In this document: in pieces, positions 45,210-58,715 of the stretch | Layout: each line of letters begins with the position of its first letter | Position numbering within the stretch: the first letter of the stretch is position 1 | Origin: Eledone cirrhosa | Lineage: Eukaryota | Direction of reading: 5' to 3' | DNA length: 64,000 nt | Assembly: GCA_964016885.1 (NCBI GenBank) | Contig: OZ024743.1 | Location: 54,560,001-54,624,000, forward strand | Program-made: the position numbers and the translations under genes | The notes under the pieces: generated by a model | The model's database searches: none | The model's input: only the letters and a program-made list of their open reading frames with translations | What the model was told of the DNA's origin: nothing

Positions 45210-45600
45210 TCACTGTGCATTGTCATTGCATTGAGCTTTACCCATGATTGGCATTTAGGCAATTTTAGGATCTGATCTGATCTCAGTATTTAGTTAGTTC
45301 TCGTTATGTCTTTACATCTATCATACTTTCATGCTCTCCATATAGACTCTAGAGAGTCCACACTGTCATTGCATTGAGCTCTGCCCAAAATTGGGATTTA
45401 GGCAATTTTAGTATCTGATATGATCTTATTATCTGAAAGTAGAAACAATTATCTAGAAAGGGTCCTCGGTATCTCTTTTCATCTATCACACTCTCCTACT
45501 ATTCATATATACTCTAGCGAGACCACTCTGTCATTGCACTGAGTTCTGCCCATGACAGACATTGAGACCATTTCAGAATCTGGTCTCTCCATTCATTATT
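45210..45600. repeat. Degenerate tandem repeat, three ~140-165-bp units
   Basis: TGTCATTGCA.TGAG.T.T.CCCA at ~45221, 45364 and 45529. Confidence 0.7.
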
Positions 45601-46131
45601 GGAGTGTCCTCGGTTTCTCTGTATAGGTGTCATACTGTCCTGATACACATAACACAACGCACATTCTCTGTGATCCTGTCCTAAAGCTAAAAATTTATAC
45701 AACATACAAATACTCTACATAGTCACACTTTCTTCTTCTTCTTCTTCTTCTTCTTCTTCTTCTTCTTCTTCTTCTTCTTCTTCTTCTTCTTCTTCTTCTT
45801 CTTCTTCTTCTTCTTCGACATATGCACAGCAGCTAGAGAGGCAGTTCAAGACCAACGAGCCAGACCAAGACGTCAAATAGCAACTTACACGTGGTCCACC
45901 TTGTAAGGAATTCATTCCAACTAATGCCATTGCTCGATATATGCCCTCTCTGTATAGTCACAATTAACACAATGTATGTTCTACATAATCACAACACATC
46001 ATGCACACTCTGTTTTCAATACAATCATCTCACAATAATATAACGTACCTCAAACATCATATAGTCTAAACAATCGTCCTCTGATGTTATTTAACAAATC
46101 TAACACAACACATACAAATCCTAAATGTAAC

Positions 46132-46320
46132 TGTTTCTATTTTTGGCACAAGGCCAGCAATTATCCCAGTGTATTACTGGTACTTTATTTTATCTACTCC
46201 GTAAGGATGAAAGGCAAAGTTAACCTCGGCAGGATTTGATCTCAGACCGCAAAGGGACGTAACTCTATGATGCAAAGCATGGCGTCCGACTCTGTACTGC
46301 TACTGCCAATCTACCGCCCT
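46132..46320 (-). mobile_element. tRNA-derived SINE (family A) with an imperfect ~18-bp TSD
   Basis: Flanked by ACAAATCCTAAATGTAAC and AGAAATCCTAAATATAAC. Confidence 0.8.
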
Positions 46321-47308
46321 ACAGAAATCCTAAATATAACATTCACAACAACCCTCTCACAAACAGATCAAACTAAATATTACATAAATACAACATTCCA
46401 CTCGTCACGATACAATGCGACAAACACATCGGGAGCACTGACGGATAGAGGATAAGAAGAATAAGGAGGGAAATGAAGAAAAGAAAGGAGAAATAAGTGA
46501 GGAAGAAAGAAAAGAAACAGAGGAAAGAATTATAATATGATAGCCATTGCAGTATTTAAACATTTAACACAAAAATAGAAAGTGTGATAGGCAACAGTGT
46601 ATTAATAGTTGTTTAACTGGAAAATAAATGAATGAATGAATGAATGAACGAGAGCAGGGGAAACAAGTACAGAGAAGAAGAAAGAAGAGAAAGTAAACAA
46701 AAATAGAAAATGAGTACAAATGAGAGAGAAATGAAGTGAAAGAATGGACAGAAAATCTGAAGGAAAAGAAAAGAGAAAAAGAAAGTCAGACAGAGAGAGG
46801 GGGAGACTGAAATATAGAATATTAAAAAAAAATTAAATAAAAGTACACAAGGAAGAAAAGCAAGGCAAATAAGGAGAAAATGAAAACACGAAGAAAAAAA
46901 TAGGAATACAAATTTAAAAGAGGAAAGAACGAGCAAACAACAGAGTGAACTATGAAGTGAAAGAGATATAAAGTGAAAGGATATAATAAAGAAAAGAAAC
47001 AGAAAATGATCGAGTAAAATAAATGAAAATATCGGAAACTGAGGGGAAGGAAAAAAGAGAATGTAGTGAAATGTTGTACTATGAAAAAAAAGAAATGAGA
47101 AGAAAGAAGACGAGGAGAGAATAATGAAAATGAAAGTGAAAGCGGAAGCGGAAGTAGTATTGGCGGAAATGAAAACTTGACGCTGAAGGCAAAGGGAAAT
47201 GGAATTAAAAAAGCATGAAAGTTTCGGAGAATGATGGAAAGAAAGTAAGAAACATATTTTCTTGGAATTAACATGTCAAAGTAAACGGAAGTTAGCAAAG
47301 GAGAGGAT

Positions 47309-47396
<88 letters not shown>

Positions 47397-47405
47397 ATAT
47401 TATAT

Positions 47406-47489
<84 letters not shown>

Positions 47490-47620
47490 CATATATGTAA
47501 TCATGAGAGAGGAGGGGGATATAAAGATATATAAAGAGAGGGATCGAGATGAATAGAGATCCTTATCGAGTCAGAGAAGGATAGAAGGATCAGCAGACAC
47601 AAAGAGAGACAAACAGTCAT

Positions 47621-47654
<34 letters not shown>

Positions 47655-47868
47655 TTCTTTATTTACCATAAAGGCATAAAAAGAAGGGACAAATACAAAG
47701 GGGGAGTTTACATATAATCGAGTAAAAAGGGTGTAACATGAAAATAATCGAAAATAACCTCAAAAGGGAGGGGACGTGATGGGGGTTGCACACACCCCCG
47801 AAAAAGTGTGCAATCCTTTGCCCGGGGAGCACATGGAGAAGGTGCTCCCCTCTCCTTTACTTCTTTAC

Positions 47869-50800
47869 CTACAGGATGGTATACAGAGAAGGCCCATTTA
47901 CACGAGCCATTCTCGCCACTATCACCCACTTTTCATAAAACTGCCTGTGGCCAAGCACCTCTCTCTCCATTCTTATCCTTCTTCCGAAGTGATATCGGAA
48001 GAAGTAGACCAGACTATGGCCAGAGAGGAAGTTGCCTGACCTCAGACCTTTCAATCGTGTCCACCAAACAACCTCTTTCAACATGGCTATTACGCACAGA
48101 AAAACCGCCTTTGCTTCCTTTGTGAAGAGGGGAGGCGGTTTGATTGTCATCACGGACTCGGCGGTCAATTGAATCGGCGCCACCCGCGACAGCAGTCGTT
48201 CGGCGTAGCCCCACAGATCAGCCACGCCCGGACATTGCACCAATGCGTGCGCAACGGTTTCTTAGTGACGCACGCATCTAGGGCAAATCTTTTTTGAGGG
48301 ATCCCTGCCCGGGCGCCCGTGTCTGTAGAGCCTCTCTCGAACGGGTAGAGCCCCTCGGTAGCACTGCCAGGCCAGTGACTTCTGGAAGTTGTCCATTGGT
48401 CCTGGGCCGAAAGTCCTACCGAACAGGCTGGCCAGTTCGTCTTCCTCCATGTCCAGCGACTCTCCAAGGGTGTCATCGCCCCTGCTAGACACCAGCCCTC
48501 TATAGAATGATGAGGTGGATTCTCCACCGATGGCCTGGTCCGCTTGCCAGAGAGCCCTGAGCGCCTGAGCACACTCAGTGTGCCAGTCTCCCAGTTTTCC
48601 GGATCTTTGCTTGACCCAGGACTGTAGCTCGGTGAGCGAGACGAGTCTCGGAAAGGCTCGTTTCACGAACGGAGCCCACACCGGTTGACCAGTGAGGAAT
48701 ACCTGTAGGTGCCGTAGCCTTAATGCGTGCCTACGCATCATCAACCACAGCATCCCCAGCCCTCCTTTCGAAGGTTGTTGGCAGCAGATGGATCTTCTCA
48801 CCATAGGAGGGCGCTTCTTCCAAAGAAATTGGAAGAGCATGCGTTCCATGGTGGTGAGTGTTTCCTTAGGGCAAGGCACGACAGTCAGGCGGTAGTAAGT
48901 GACGGACGCTATGTAAATGTTCGCCACCTCCGCCCGGCCTTTTAGGGACAGCTTACACTTGGCCCATTTCTGGGTTAGTGCAAACACCTTGTTCGTAACC
49001 TCGTTCCAGTTCTTTTCCACCTGGAGGTCCGGTCCAAACCAGACCCCAAGCAACTTTACCGGGCCCTCCGTCCAGTGTCCGACGACACCGTCGGGAGGCA
49101 TCGGTCTGCCTCTCAACGCTCCGAGTTGCAGCCCGATGGATTTTTCCCGGTTCAGTTTCGCTCCTGACAACCTTTCGTACTCCTCCAGTAAGGTACCGAT
49201 CGCCTCGATCTCCGAGTCGGTCGATACCATTACTGTTACGTCATCGGCGTAGGCCGACACCGCTTTGCTCAATCCTGGTTCCAGGGGGATACCCTGCAAC
49301 AACTCCAACTTCCTCAGTAAAGGCTCGAGAGTCAATACGTACAGAAGGGAGGAGAGAGGGCACCCCTGTCGAGTGGATCGTGTGATTTCGAACGGCTTCG
49401 AAAGGTAGCCGTTCACCTTGATCCTAGAACAGATGTGGTTGCTATGTAAGGCAGTGATCCAGCCTCTGAAAACAGGACCGAACCCAGCCGCCGCTAGCAC
49501 CGCATCCAGGTAACCATGGTCGACCCTATCGAAGGCCTTAGACTGATCCAAGTTGATCAGGGCCCCACCGAAGCCGGGTTTGTTGCCAACCCTCTCTATG
49601 ATGTATCGCATGAGGTGGAGGTTATCGTGAATGGACCTGGATGGGATAGCACATGTCTGCGCATCTCCTACCAGGCCACCCACGACAAGCGCCAACCTCT
49701 TTGCTAACACCTTGGCCAAAATCTTTAACTCTGTGTTTAGCAGGGTTATGGGCCGAAAATTATTTATACTATCCCCCTTGTTCTCGTCCTTCCTCACCAG
49801 CGTGACTACGCCCTTGGCTACAGAACAAGGAATTCTCCCGTTCTGCTGCCAATTGCAGTAGACCGCTTCGGGGAGTTCGGAGAAGAAGACCGGCATTGCT
49901 AAATAAAGTTCGTAAGGTATACCATCGGGACCTGGAGATTTGCGTCTGCTGCATTGGCTCAGCGCATCTCCGATCTCATCAGCCGAGATTGGTCCCTCGC
50001 AGATCTCTGTCTCTTCGCTCGAGATACGCGGCAGGCCGTCGAGGTATGGACCGAAATCCACGCCCCCGCCCGGACCCTCACCTCCCCCGAACAATCGGGC
50101 AAAGTGCCTTTGAAAGGCCTCGCACATCTGCATAGGCTCCCGGATCACCCGTCCATCTTCGTCTTGCAACGACCGGATGGTGGATCGAGCTTTGGCCCCC
50201 TCATTACCTAGAGCACGTATTTTACTTCGAATGACGCAGCCTTCGTGCTTTGCATCGAAAAACTGGTTCAAGGCCGTCCTCGATGCCAGCACTCTGGCCA
50301 CATCTTCGCTCTTGATTGCCTCTTCTAATTTACCTGTTAATTCTTTCTCGTTTCTATTCCTATCGGCAGCTAACATCTTGCTATAACTTATTGATTCTGT
50401 TCTAATCTCTCTTTTGAGAGATGCCCACCATCGGTTGTTGACGATTGCACCCGTCAACCTCTCCTTAACTAATCTGCTAATTCGTTTTCTCTAAGTCTCT
50501 TTTGCCGGTAAAGACAAATTAAGTTTCCAGTAACCGGGACCCTGTTTATGTGTTTTCTCGAGATTGACTACGCAGGTCACTAATTTGTGATCCGTGTAGC
50601 CAACCGTGCGCATTTCTGGACAGCTTAATATGTCCCTATCCTTACTTCTAACTAAGAATCTATCTAAGTACGATCTAGATTGACCACTGTGGTTTCTCCA
50701 AGTCCAGGTAGGCACAGTTGGAAAATCTAGTCGATATCTATCGACCAAGTTAAAACGGTCGAGTAACCCCTTGAGGCTGTTACACCCCCTTCTCTTAGGA

Positions 50801-51267
50801 CATGCTCCTGCATAGTCCCAACGTGCATCTAGGATGTCATTCCAATCCCCCGCTAGAAGCAGGGAACGCGACGTTCCCAGAAAAGTCTCCAAACGCTGGA
50901 AGAAGTCGGGCCGTTCAGCTCCGAAAGGGGAGTAGACGGCGACCAGTCTCAAGGCCGCACTTTCACTACTGCCAACGTCTAGCACCAACAAACGACCCTC
51001 CGGGTCCGAGTGCACAACCTGTACGGCAAGACCCAGGTGTTTTTGCAGCAGTACGACAACTCCACCCCCACCTCCAGGTTTACAGAGAGATGCATGCACC
51101 TCAAAGTCATCGAAGGTGGGGGCCAGCTGCTGCACGACGCTGATTCGAGTCTCACAGATAACCATTACATTTATACTACATGACCTGAGGTCATTTAGAA
51201 GCTTTGCTTGCTTCCAAGTTGAGCCCAGGCCACGTGCATTCAAACATCCTACTCTTAACACATCCAT
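47869..51267 (-). CDS. ORF2 polyprotein (AP endonuclease, reverse transcriptase, CCHC knuckle), one frame with two in-frame stops
   Basis: APE motifs CLNARGL, ICETR, AGDWN, YLDRF, TDH; GPGYWKLN; RT motifs KSPGPDG, RPITLLN, DQSKAFDRV, RQGCPLS, YADDV; CPRC..H..C. ORFs 50491-51267, 48262-50457 and 47869-48243 are all in the same frame (stops at 50491-50493 and 48262-48264). Confidence 0.92.
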
Positions 51268-51306
51268 GTGGGCGGCAGAGCCAAAGGAGAGTGTAGAGAC
51301 CTACCT

Positions 51307-53026
51307 TTACGCTTCCCGGGGTTCGGGTTGCACGACTTCCATGGGGTCGGAGGTGTTGGGTGAAGGGGTGTCTTGTGGTGGTGTGGGGTCGTCAGTGTGT
51401 GGTGGGGTTGGGGTGTTTGGAGTTGTGTTGGGGAGGGGAAGAGGAGGGGGAAAGCTTTTTAGTATGACGCGGTTTATGGGTTTGACAGAGGGTGGTCCTA
51501 CGTCCTCCTTAAAATCCTTTTTTAGTTTTTGGTAGAGGTTCATTGGGATCTTTATTAATTTTAAATGTGGGTAGTTTTCTGAAGAAACAAAGTTTACACC
51601 TTCGGTTTGTACCGAAGGATTATTGTTTATGAGTTCATTTAATTTATTATTGTTTCTGTTGATGTAAGTATAGTGTAATGTCTTTTTTTCGGATGGTATG
51701 AGTGTTTCGAAGAGGGGGGGGGGGCAGGTTTGGTTTTGTTTGTTGCTGGAGGAGTGTTTTCTGTTTTGTTGGATTGTGTTGAGATTTGGGTGGAGGTTGT
51801 TTGGCCTTGTGTGTTTTGCACATGTTTTCTTTTTTTCCTTTTAATCTGTCTGAAGGACTCCGTTTCTTCCTCCGAATTCGTTGGGTTATCTTCAGTGTTG
51901 GAGGGAAGAGGTATGTTTGCTGGTAATGTTTCCGTGTTGGTTTTCTTTGTGGGGGAGATGGATGTCACTATGTTAGACTGTGTTGTGTGTTGTGTCTGCG
52001 GTGGTTGTGTTGTTTTATTGAGTGAGAGGTTGGGTGGGCCTGTATTTTGTTTTGGGGTAATGTGTTGTGACTGTTTGTGTTGTGGTGGTGGTGTGGTTTT
52101 ACTGAGGGACGGGTTGGGTGGGACTGAGTTTTGTTGTTTGTTTATCTGTTGTGGTGGTGGTGGTGGAGCTGGTGTTGGTAGCAGGGTTTTCTTTTTGTTG
52201 AGTTGGGGACAAGCGGCCTTCAGGTGCCCTCTGCCTGCACAGATATGGCAGGACGGCCTTCTCCCCTCCACGCTAATGTTTATATACCCGTGGCCCTCTA
52301 ATAGGATTCTGTCGGGTATTTGGGCGATGCGTTCAGGCTTCATTTGCACTACCAGCTTATACCTGTTCCACTGAACGCATTGCCTGTGGTTTTCCCAATG
52401 GAAATCACGTTGTCATTCACTGGATCGATGAAGCCAGCTATGAGCCAGCAGTAGTCGACATCTGGCATCATTGCATCCAGCCATATGCGTTGAGTTCTTT
52501 TACCCATATAAGATGGATAAAAGGTAAAATTTTTCGAACGAATCGGTGACAAAGCACATTTTTTTGCCGCCGATTCGTTCTTCATGATAATTGCTAGGCT
52601 TCCATACAGTCTGTCTTTTCTTATGAAAGTGGTTTCATTAAGTACTTCTGTGAGTACTGTTTTGATATCTGCTTGAGAAGGCTGTTCAGGTTTTTTTGAA
52701 GTGTTGTTGATGGTGCGGAACTTGACCGTTCGGCTTTCAATGTCTTTGGTGAATTCTTGAGGCATTTTTACCGATAAAATACCATTCACTCCTTCACTTA
52801 TGTATTGTTTGGCGTCTGTGATTCTTCGTGCCACATCTGAAATATTTTCGGGTATATAAGTCAAAGATTTCTTTGTTGTCTGTGCAAATGAAATCTTGTC
52901 GTCTGCTTTGCTTTCTGTTATGGTGTTATTTTCAAATGTTATTTTTGTGTTTGTTGTGTCTTTGTTTGTGTTATTAGTATTGTCATGCAATTTTTCAAAT
53001 TTTTTTTTTTCGTTGTTGGAATCCAT
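51307..53026 (-). CDS. ORF1 (gag-like nucleic-acid-binding protein with CCHC knuckle), broken by two frameshifts
   Basis: CHICAGRGHLKAAC zinc knuckle followed by a Pro/Thr/Gln-rich tail; pieces at 52349-53026, 51639-52349 and 51307-51543; one shift maps near the G run at ~51714-51724. Confidence 0.8.
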
Positions 53027-53435
53027 GTCCAGATTTGTGTTTTCGTCATTTTTTTTTCTCCGCAGATTCGTCTGTTTTTATTTTAATTTTTCCTTCCTTC
53101 TCTATGACGTTAGTTGGGAAGGAAGGGGGGACTAAAGCGTGAGAGCTTACAACTCTTACCGCTGTCCCCCCACCACTATTTTCGTTCGCTGCGTTTAACA
53201 TTTCTGTTAGACGATTGAAATTTGTTGCCACAAAATTTTTTAAAACAGGTTTTTCACCTCTAGGAGGGGTAAAGATGAGCTGACCCACCGCCTGACAGTT
53301 CAGACGGGGTGTCAAGCTACACGATGGTATCAAAATTAAATTTGAACTCACAAAATTTCCGCAATAAATTTGAACAAAACTTCTGCGCGAAGTGAATTAC
53401 ATCCACACTGTAGAACAGACGACAGCTGGATCCTA

Positions 53436-53526
<91 letters not shown>

Positions 53527-54186
53527 TGTTTCTTTTATTTGCCACAAGGGCATCAAAAGTGGGACAAGTACAATGGGGGGAGTTTACAAAACAAGGCGTC
53601 CTCAATAGGGAGGAGGCAATAACAATATATAAAAATAAAATAAAATATAACAAAAAATAGAATTATAACAAAATCCTCAATAGAGGATTTTGTTATAAAA
53701 TATAACAAAAAATAAAATTTTTAACAAAATCCTCAATAGAGAGGAGGCGCCTTGGGGGGTCGCACACACCCCCGAAAAAAGTGTGCAACCCTTTTCCTCA
53801 GGAGCACAGAGAGGGGGTGCTCCCTCGTTCCTTCCTCTTTTCCACCTACAGGCTCATGTAAAGAGAAGGCCCATTCACACGGGCCATTCTCGCCACTTTC
53901 ACCCACCTTTCATAAAAACGACTGGGGTGCAGCACCTCTCTCTCCATCCTGATCCTTCTTCCGAAATGATATCGGAAGAAACGGACCAGTTGTTGGCCAG
54001 AGAGAAAGGTGCCTGACCTCAGTCCTTTCAGACGCGTCCACCATACAACCTCTTTCGCCATGGCTATTACGCACAGAAACACCGCCTCTGCTTCATCTTT
54101 GAAGGGGGGAGGCGGCTTGATCATTACAATAGACTCGGTGGTCAACCGGATCGGTCCCACCCTTGACAGCAGTTGTTCGACATAGC
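53527..54186 (-). mobile_element. 3' fragment of a second, diverged Tx1 subfamily (copy C) in (GATA)n
   Basis: ORF 53846-54160 (AVFLCVIAMAKEVVWWTRLKGLRSG..) is homologous to 47869-48243; 3' end GCAAATAAAAGAAAC; GATA on both sides. Confidence 0.88.
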
Positions 54187-54781
54187 AGATAGATAAATAG
54201 ATAGATAGTGAGCTGTTTCATATAAACAGAGATCGTTGAAGAGACAGAAAATAATAGATGGACAGTTATAGAGAGAAGTTTAGGAAAATAGACTATCAGA
54301 GAGAGGGGGTGGGTGGAGACGGAGTAAGAAACAGAAAGATGTAGAGTGTATTTGGAAAAGAGAAAGAAGACACATTGAAAGAGAAAAAGTGTATTAAAGA
54401 GAATAACAGAGTAAATCCAGTGAGATATAGAGACCAAAAGAAGAACAAAAGGGCAGAGAGAGAGAGCTTCGTATACACACAGGCACATACACACACCCAT
54501 AAAGAAGCAGACGTAAGTTTGGCAAAAAGTTCTTATTTTATCGACTCCGGGGGTAAAAACTGCAAAGTTGACCTCAACAGCATTTGAACTCAGAAAGTAA
54601 AGAGTCAGAACAATTTTAATTGCAGGAACAGTCCATCTTGAATTATAGGGTATGTGGCTGAGTATTTCCTAGACATGTGTATCCTTAATGTAATTCCCAG
54701 GGAGATTCAATAAGATACATGTAACAAGACTAACTTTTTCAATTACAGCTAGTCCTTCTTGAATTATAATGCAAGTGACTA

Positions 54782-54997
54782 GGGTGGTGGATTGGCAGTA
54801 TCGGTAGAGCCTCGGAAATCATGCTTTGTGATACTGAGTTACGGCCCTTTACGTTCTGAGTTCAAATCATGTCGCGGTTAGCTTTACCCTTCATCCTTAC
54901 GAGGTCGATTAAATAAAGTACCTGTAACGCACTGGGGTCAATTTAATCACCTTTCCCCTCCCCCAAAATTTGTTGGTATTGTGGCTACATCACCAAA
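54782..54997 (+). mobile_element. tRNA-derived SINE (family A) with an imperfect ~19-bp TSD
   Basis: GGGTGGTGGATTGGCAGTATCGGTAGAGC..GAGTTCAAATC; flanks AATTATAATGCAAGTGACT and AATTATAATGCTTGTGACT. Confidence 0.8.
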
Positions 54998-55734
54998 AAT
55001 TATAATGCTTGTGACTGAGCCTTCCATAGGCGAGTTTACTCTTTGAATTGCAGGAGCTATGGACTGGAGTATCATGAAACAAAGTGTCTTGTAAACCACT
55101 AACTTACGATCGTGAGCACAACAATCTAACTATTAAGCCAAGTGGCCTCACTTCCAGCAATATATTAAAGTAAACTCAATTCTCTCTATATATGCCTTAA
55201 TATAGATTGTTTCAAATAAAAACTCGTTAAACGTTAAATAGCAATGATAACGAAAAATGAATTACGTACGAAGAAAGCTCCTTGTCTCTCTTGGTTTTTA
55301 TTCGCAAACCAAAGAAAATAATGTCTAAACACATTAATGAAGGTGGCAAATTGCCAGAGTTACTATGGTGTAGGATAGAATGCTTTGCGGTATTTATTCC
55401 AACACTCTGAACACTGTGTACAAATCCTGTCGAGGCCACCTGAACTACAAATGTTGTTTTTACATATTAATGCAGAAAAACTAGCATTTTCCACCGTACG
55501 ATATCCTCATCTCTGTTTCTATAAAAGATTCACAGATTTTCTCTTATTGATTTACCAAGTGTAGAAGTAAAGGGCTTTTGACTATCGATGCAGTCGTAGA
55601 GGCACCAGCCTGATTCACGGCGTTTCATGGACATTTTAAACCTAGCGGAGACCATCCTTCTCCAAGTTTGAACACAGCAGATTTGTCCAGAGAAAGAAAG
55701 TGAGAGGGAAAGGGATAACGTGGGATGGAGGAAG

Positions 55735-55892
55735 AATCGATCCCCCCAGTATTGGTCTAGAATTTCATTTATTGATCTCGAAAGGCTGAAAGGCAAAGTT
55801 GACAGGTTTTTAATTTAGAATAAAATGAGTCAGAACAAATATCAAGGCATTTTTAATCTGGAACTCTAACGGCTCTGCCAATTAACCGCCCA
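55735..55892 (-). mobile_element. tRNA-derived SINE (family A), degraded
   Basis: CCCCCAGT..GAAAGGCAAAGTTGAC..CTCTAACGG.TCTGCCAAT..CCGCC. Confidence 0.65.
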
Positions 55893-56208
55893 CCATGTAT
55901 AGACGTCCTAAATTCATGAAGATAAACTCCAAGTTTATTATGGATTAAAATTTGGAGTATTTTATAAGGTATAGTGTGTTTAAACAAATACTATTGCATT
56001 TCGCATTGCACAGGGTGTTTCAACAAGTGCTCAAAATATTCTATTAAGTGAACCAGATAATATTAGCTTGAATAGAAATTCCTTGCAGGAAATTGTACTA
56101 CATAACCAAAATTATATTTTTTAGGATTAATTTGTCGTCAAGGATTGATTTGTGGTCGATAATACAATAATATTTTTTAAATGCGTAGGATATATCTATA
56201 GAAATAAT

Positions 56209-56406
56209 GATTTCTACTATAGGCCAAGGCCAGCAATTTGGGGGGGGGGGGAGTCCATTAAATCGACCTCAGTGCATTACTGGTGCTATATGTTATCGAC
56301 CCATAAGGATTAAAGGCTAATTTGAACTCAGAATGTAAAGAGCCGTAATTCTATACCGCGAAGCATGTTGTCTGACGCTCTACCGATTCTGCCAATCCAC
56401 CACCCT
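56209..56406 (-). mobile_element. tRNA-derived SINE (family A) with a perfect 18-bp TSD
   Basis: TATATCTATAGAAATAAT at 56191-56208 and 56407-56424. Confidence 0.85.
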
Positions 56407-57144
56407 TATATCTATAGAAATAATAAAAAAAAATACGTGGGATATATATGTCTATAGAAGTAATATATATGCGTAGGATATATTTTCATGTCAGAACCTC
56501 AAATTATTGGAATTGAATGAAGTCATATCAAGCAGTATCCTAATATAATTCTTGTGCGAACTTTAGAAACACCCTAAAGCCAACAGTTGTCAGCTTTTCA
56601 ACTGATTGTTTAATTAAGTTGATTTGAAACAAAAACAATTTAACATAAACACACGAGGCAGACATTTCGTCTCCAGTTGGTTATATGTTCGTTTAATCTC
56701 AAACGTGACACAATTCTTTCTAATCATTTTTACTGAGTTTATTATCAACAGTTCTTTCATTATTGTCAGTGTTCAACAGTTATGGAAAAGGTGACGCTTG
56801 GGTATAATATAATAATATATGCAAATAACAGAAACCTGTTGTTATATCACACAATTGTTGAATAGAAAGGCCGTGTTGATATCATTCCTCGGTGTCTTTC
56901 AAGTTCGTTTTACAAAACAGAGTTTGGCAGACAGCTCTAATTTGTCTCTGGTTTCTTAATTCATTATTCATTGACATCACCCTCTAAAGACACCTATTTC
57001 TCTGTATTTTAATACTAAACTGAGTTTTATTCTCCAGTTCACCATAAATTGTCCAACAAAAGCATTAAAACCTTTGATCTGACAAATTCTTATTTCGTTG
57101 TTGTTGTCAATAGAGTACACCGGGTAATTAAGTGCAATGGTGAC

Positions 57145-57183
<39 letters not shown>

Positions 57184-57619
57184 TGTAGTAGTACCTCTAA
57201 TTTCAAAATCAGCTAGCAATACTTGAAAAGAATATTCATTACGCTCTCTCCCCCCTCTCTCTGCCTATCTATATTTTGAAATATAATAAGCTAACAATTT
57301 CATCTCAGTGTGAAAAATATAAAAGGTAAATAAAACGTAACCATATGGTTTATCTTTCAGCCGCATTGTATGTTTATTAAAAAGATATACTCTACATTTC
57401 AAGTGCACAGAATGACAGACACAAATGTTTCTGGGTTATTAACCTTCGTCAATTGTTTACCTGCCAAAGTCAGAACTAGTGAAAATATATGATATTTTCT
57501 CGAATATACTGTGAATGATCGGCCTGGTTTGCATATTAGCAGACTGCCTTATCAGTCAGATCTGCATATTAACAGACCCACTGATCAGCCAGATTTGCAT
57601 ATCAGTAGATAGCCCAGTA

Positions 57620-58384
57620 TACATGGCAATTTCTGTCTGTTTGTTTGTGAACCTAAAACTCAAAAACTACCAAACCGATCTTGATGAAAGTTGACACGTG
57701 TGTGGGGCTCATGCCCATTTGATTTCTTACGTATATATCATTTTAATCAAAGGGGTCCCCGGGGGTCGAAACCCCCGCTGAGAAAACCCCGCTTGATTTT
57801 TTTCCCTTCGATTTATATGAAATTTAAACCACAAGTAAATGACAAGATATGATGCCTATTCATAAAATTTCAGCAAATTTCAATAATATTAAGATACCCT
57901 AATGGGGGTTAAACCCCCTATAGTGAAAATTTTGGCCAATAAATGGAACAAGATTTCACGAACTCCTATGGTTTTGGAGATAGACCCCCATAACCATATA
58001 TATTCTGAAACTACTTTGCTCAGGGCACAAAACCCCCGTTGAAAATTTTTGACGTTCGGTTTATATGAAATTTAAACTATAGGTAAATGACAAGATATGA
58101 TGCTTAGTCACAAAATTTCAGCAAATTTCAATAATATTAAGACACCCTAATGCGGGTTCTATTTTTTCCCTTATAGCAATACTCAACTTCTCTGACAAAC
58201 ATTTTTTTGCCTAACCAATGCAATCAACAATATTTGGTTGTATTATTGTTTCGTCAATGAATTTGTCTTCGCTTTTGATTATCTGTCCTATATTTTGATT
58301 TTATTTTTGGTCTGAGAGGCATTGGGCATTTTAATGGGACTGGGAATTCCCCCGCTCCCGGGAATTACAGGGTACCTCAGCTAG
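57620..58384 (+). mobile_element. Non-autonomous Helitron (second family) with internal ~240-bp duplication
   Basis: CTGTCTGTTTGTTTGT..AAAACTACCAAACCGATCTTGATGAAA near the 5' end; duplicated block GTAAATGACAAGATATGATGC..AAAATTTCAGCAAATTTCAATAATATTAAGA; ends CCCGGG..AGGG..CTAG followed by (TA)n. The 5' boundary is uncertain. Confidence 0.65.
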
Positions 58385-58715
58385 TATATATATATATATA
58401 TTGGAAACTCAATCGGACCAGGGTCAAATATGCCTTTCATACTTCCTCAGATATATAAACCGTGTACCTATGTTAGAAATTATTATTACTGCGAAGTTTC
58501 CATAAATAGGCTAAAGCAGCTGCTCTTCCCCGCATGAGATGTCTTATTTCATATATTTTCTATACCTTTTGTTTTATAAGCTTCTTTTATTATACAATTT
58601 TTCATAATCCCTTCTCTGTAAATCTCCGTCGTGTTTATTATTTGTCACTGACTATCTCATTCATACGTCAATTTTATGGCGAATACATGAAATCGTTATT
58701 ATTATTTAGAGGGTT

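Larger units (their letters stand above)
47653..53433 (-). mobile_element. Full-length Tx1-clade (L1 group) LINE (copy B) inserted in (GATA)n
   Basis: ~400-bp 5' UTR, ORF1, ORF2 (APE-RT-CCHC), 3' UTR ending AATAAAGAAAT; GATA tracts at 47621-47652 and 53436-53525. Confidence 0.95.

Noticed and set aside
52340-52400. Programmed -1 frameshift in Tx1 ORF1
   Set aside because: No in-frame X XXY YYZ heptamer; a 1-nt indel or sequencing error is simpler.
56010-56577. Mariner-like element bounded by CAGGGTGTTTC / GAAACACCCT
   Set aside because: Only ~10 bp of inverted match, no TA TSD and no transposase remnant.
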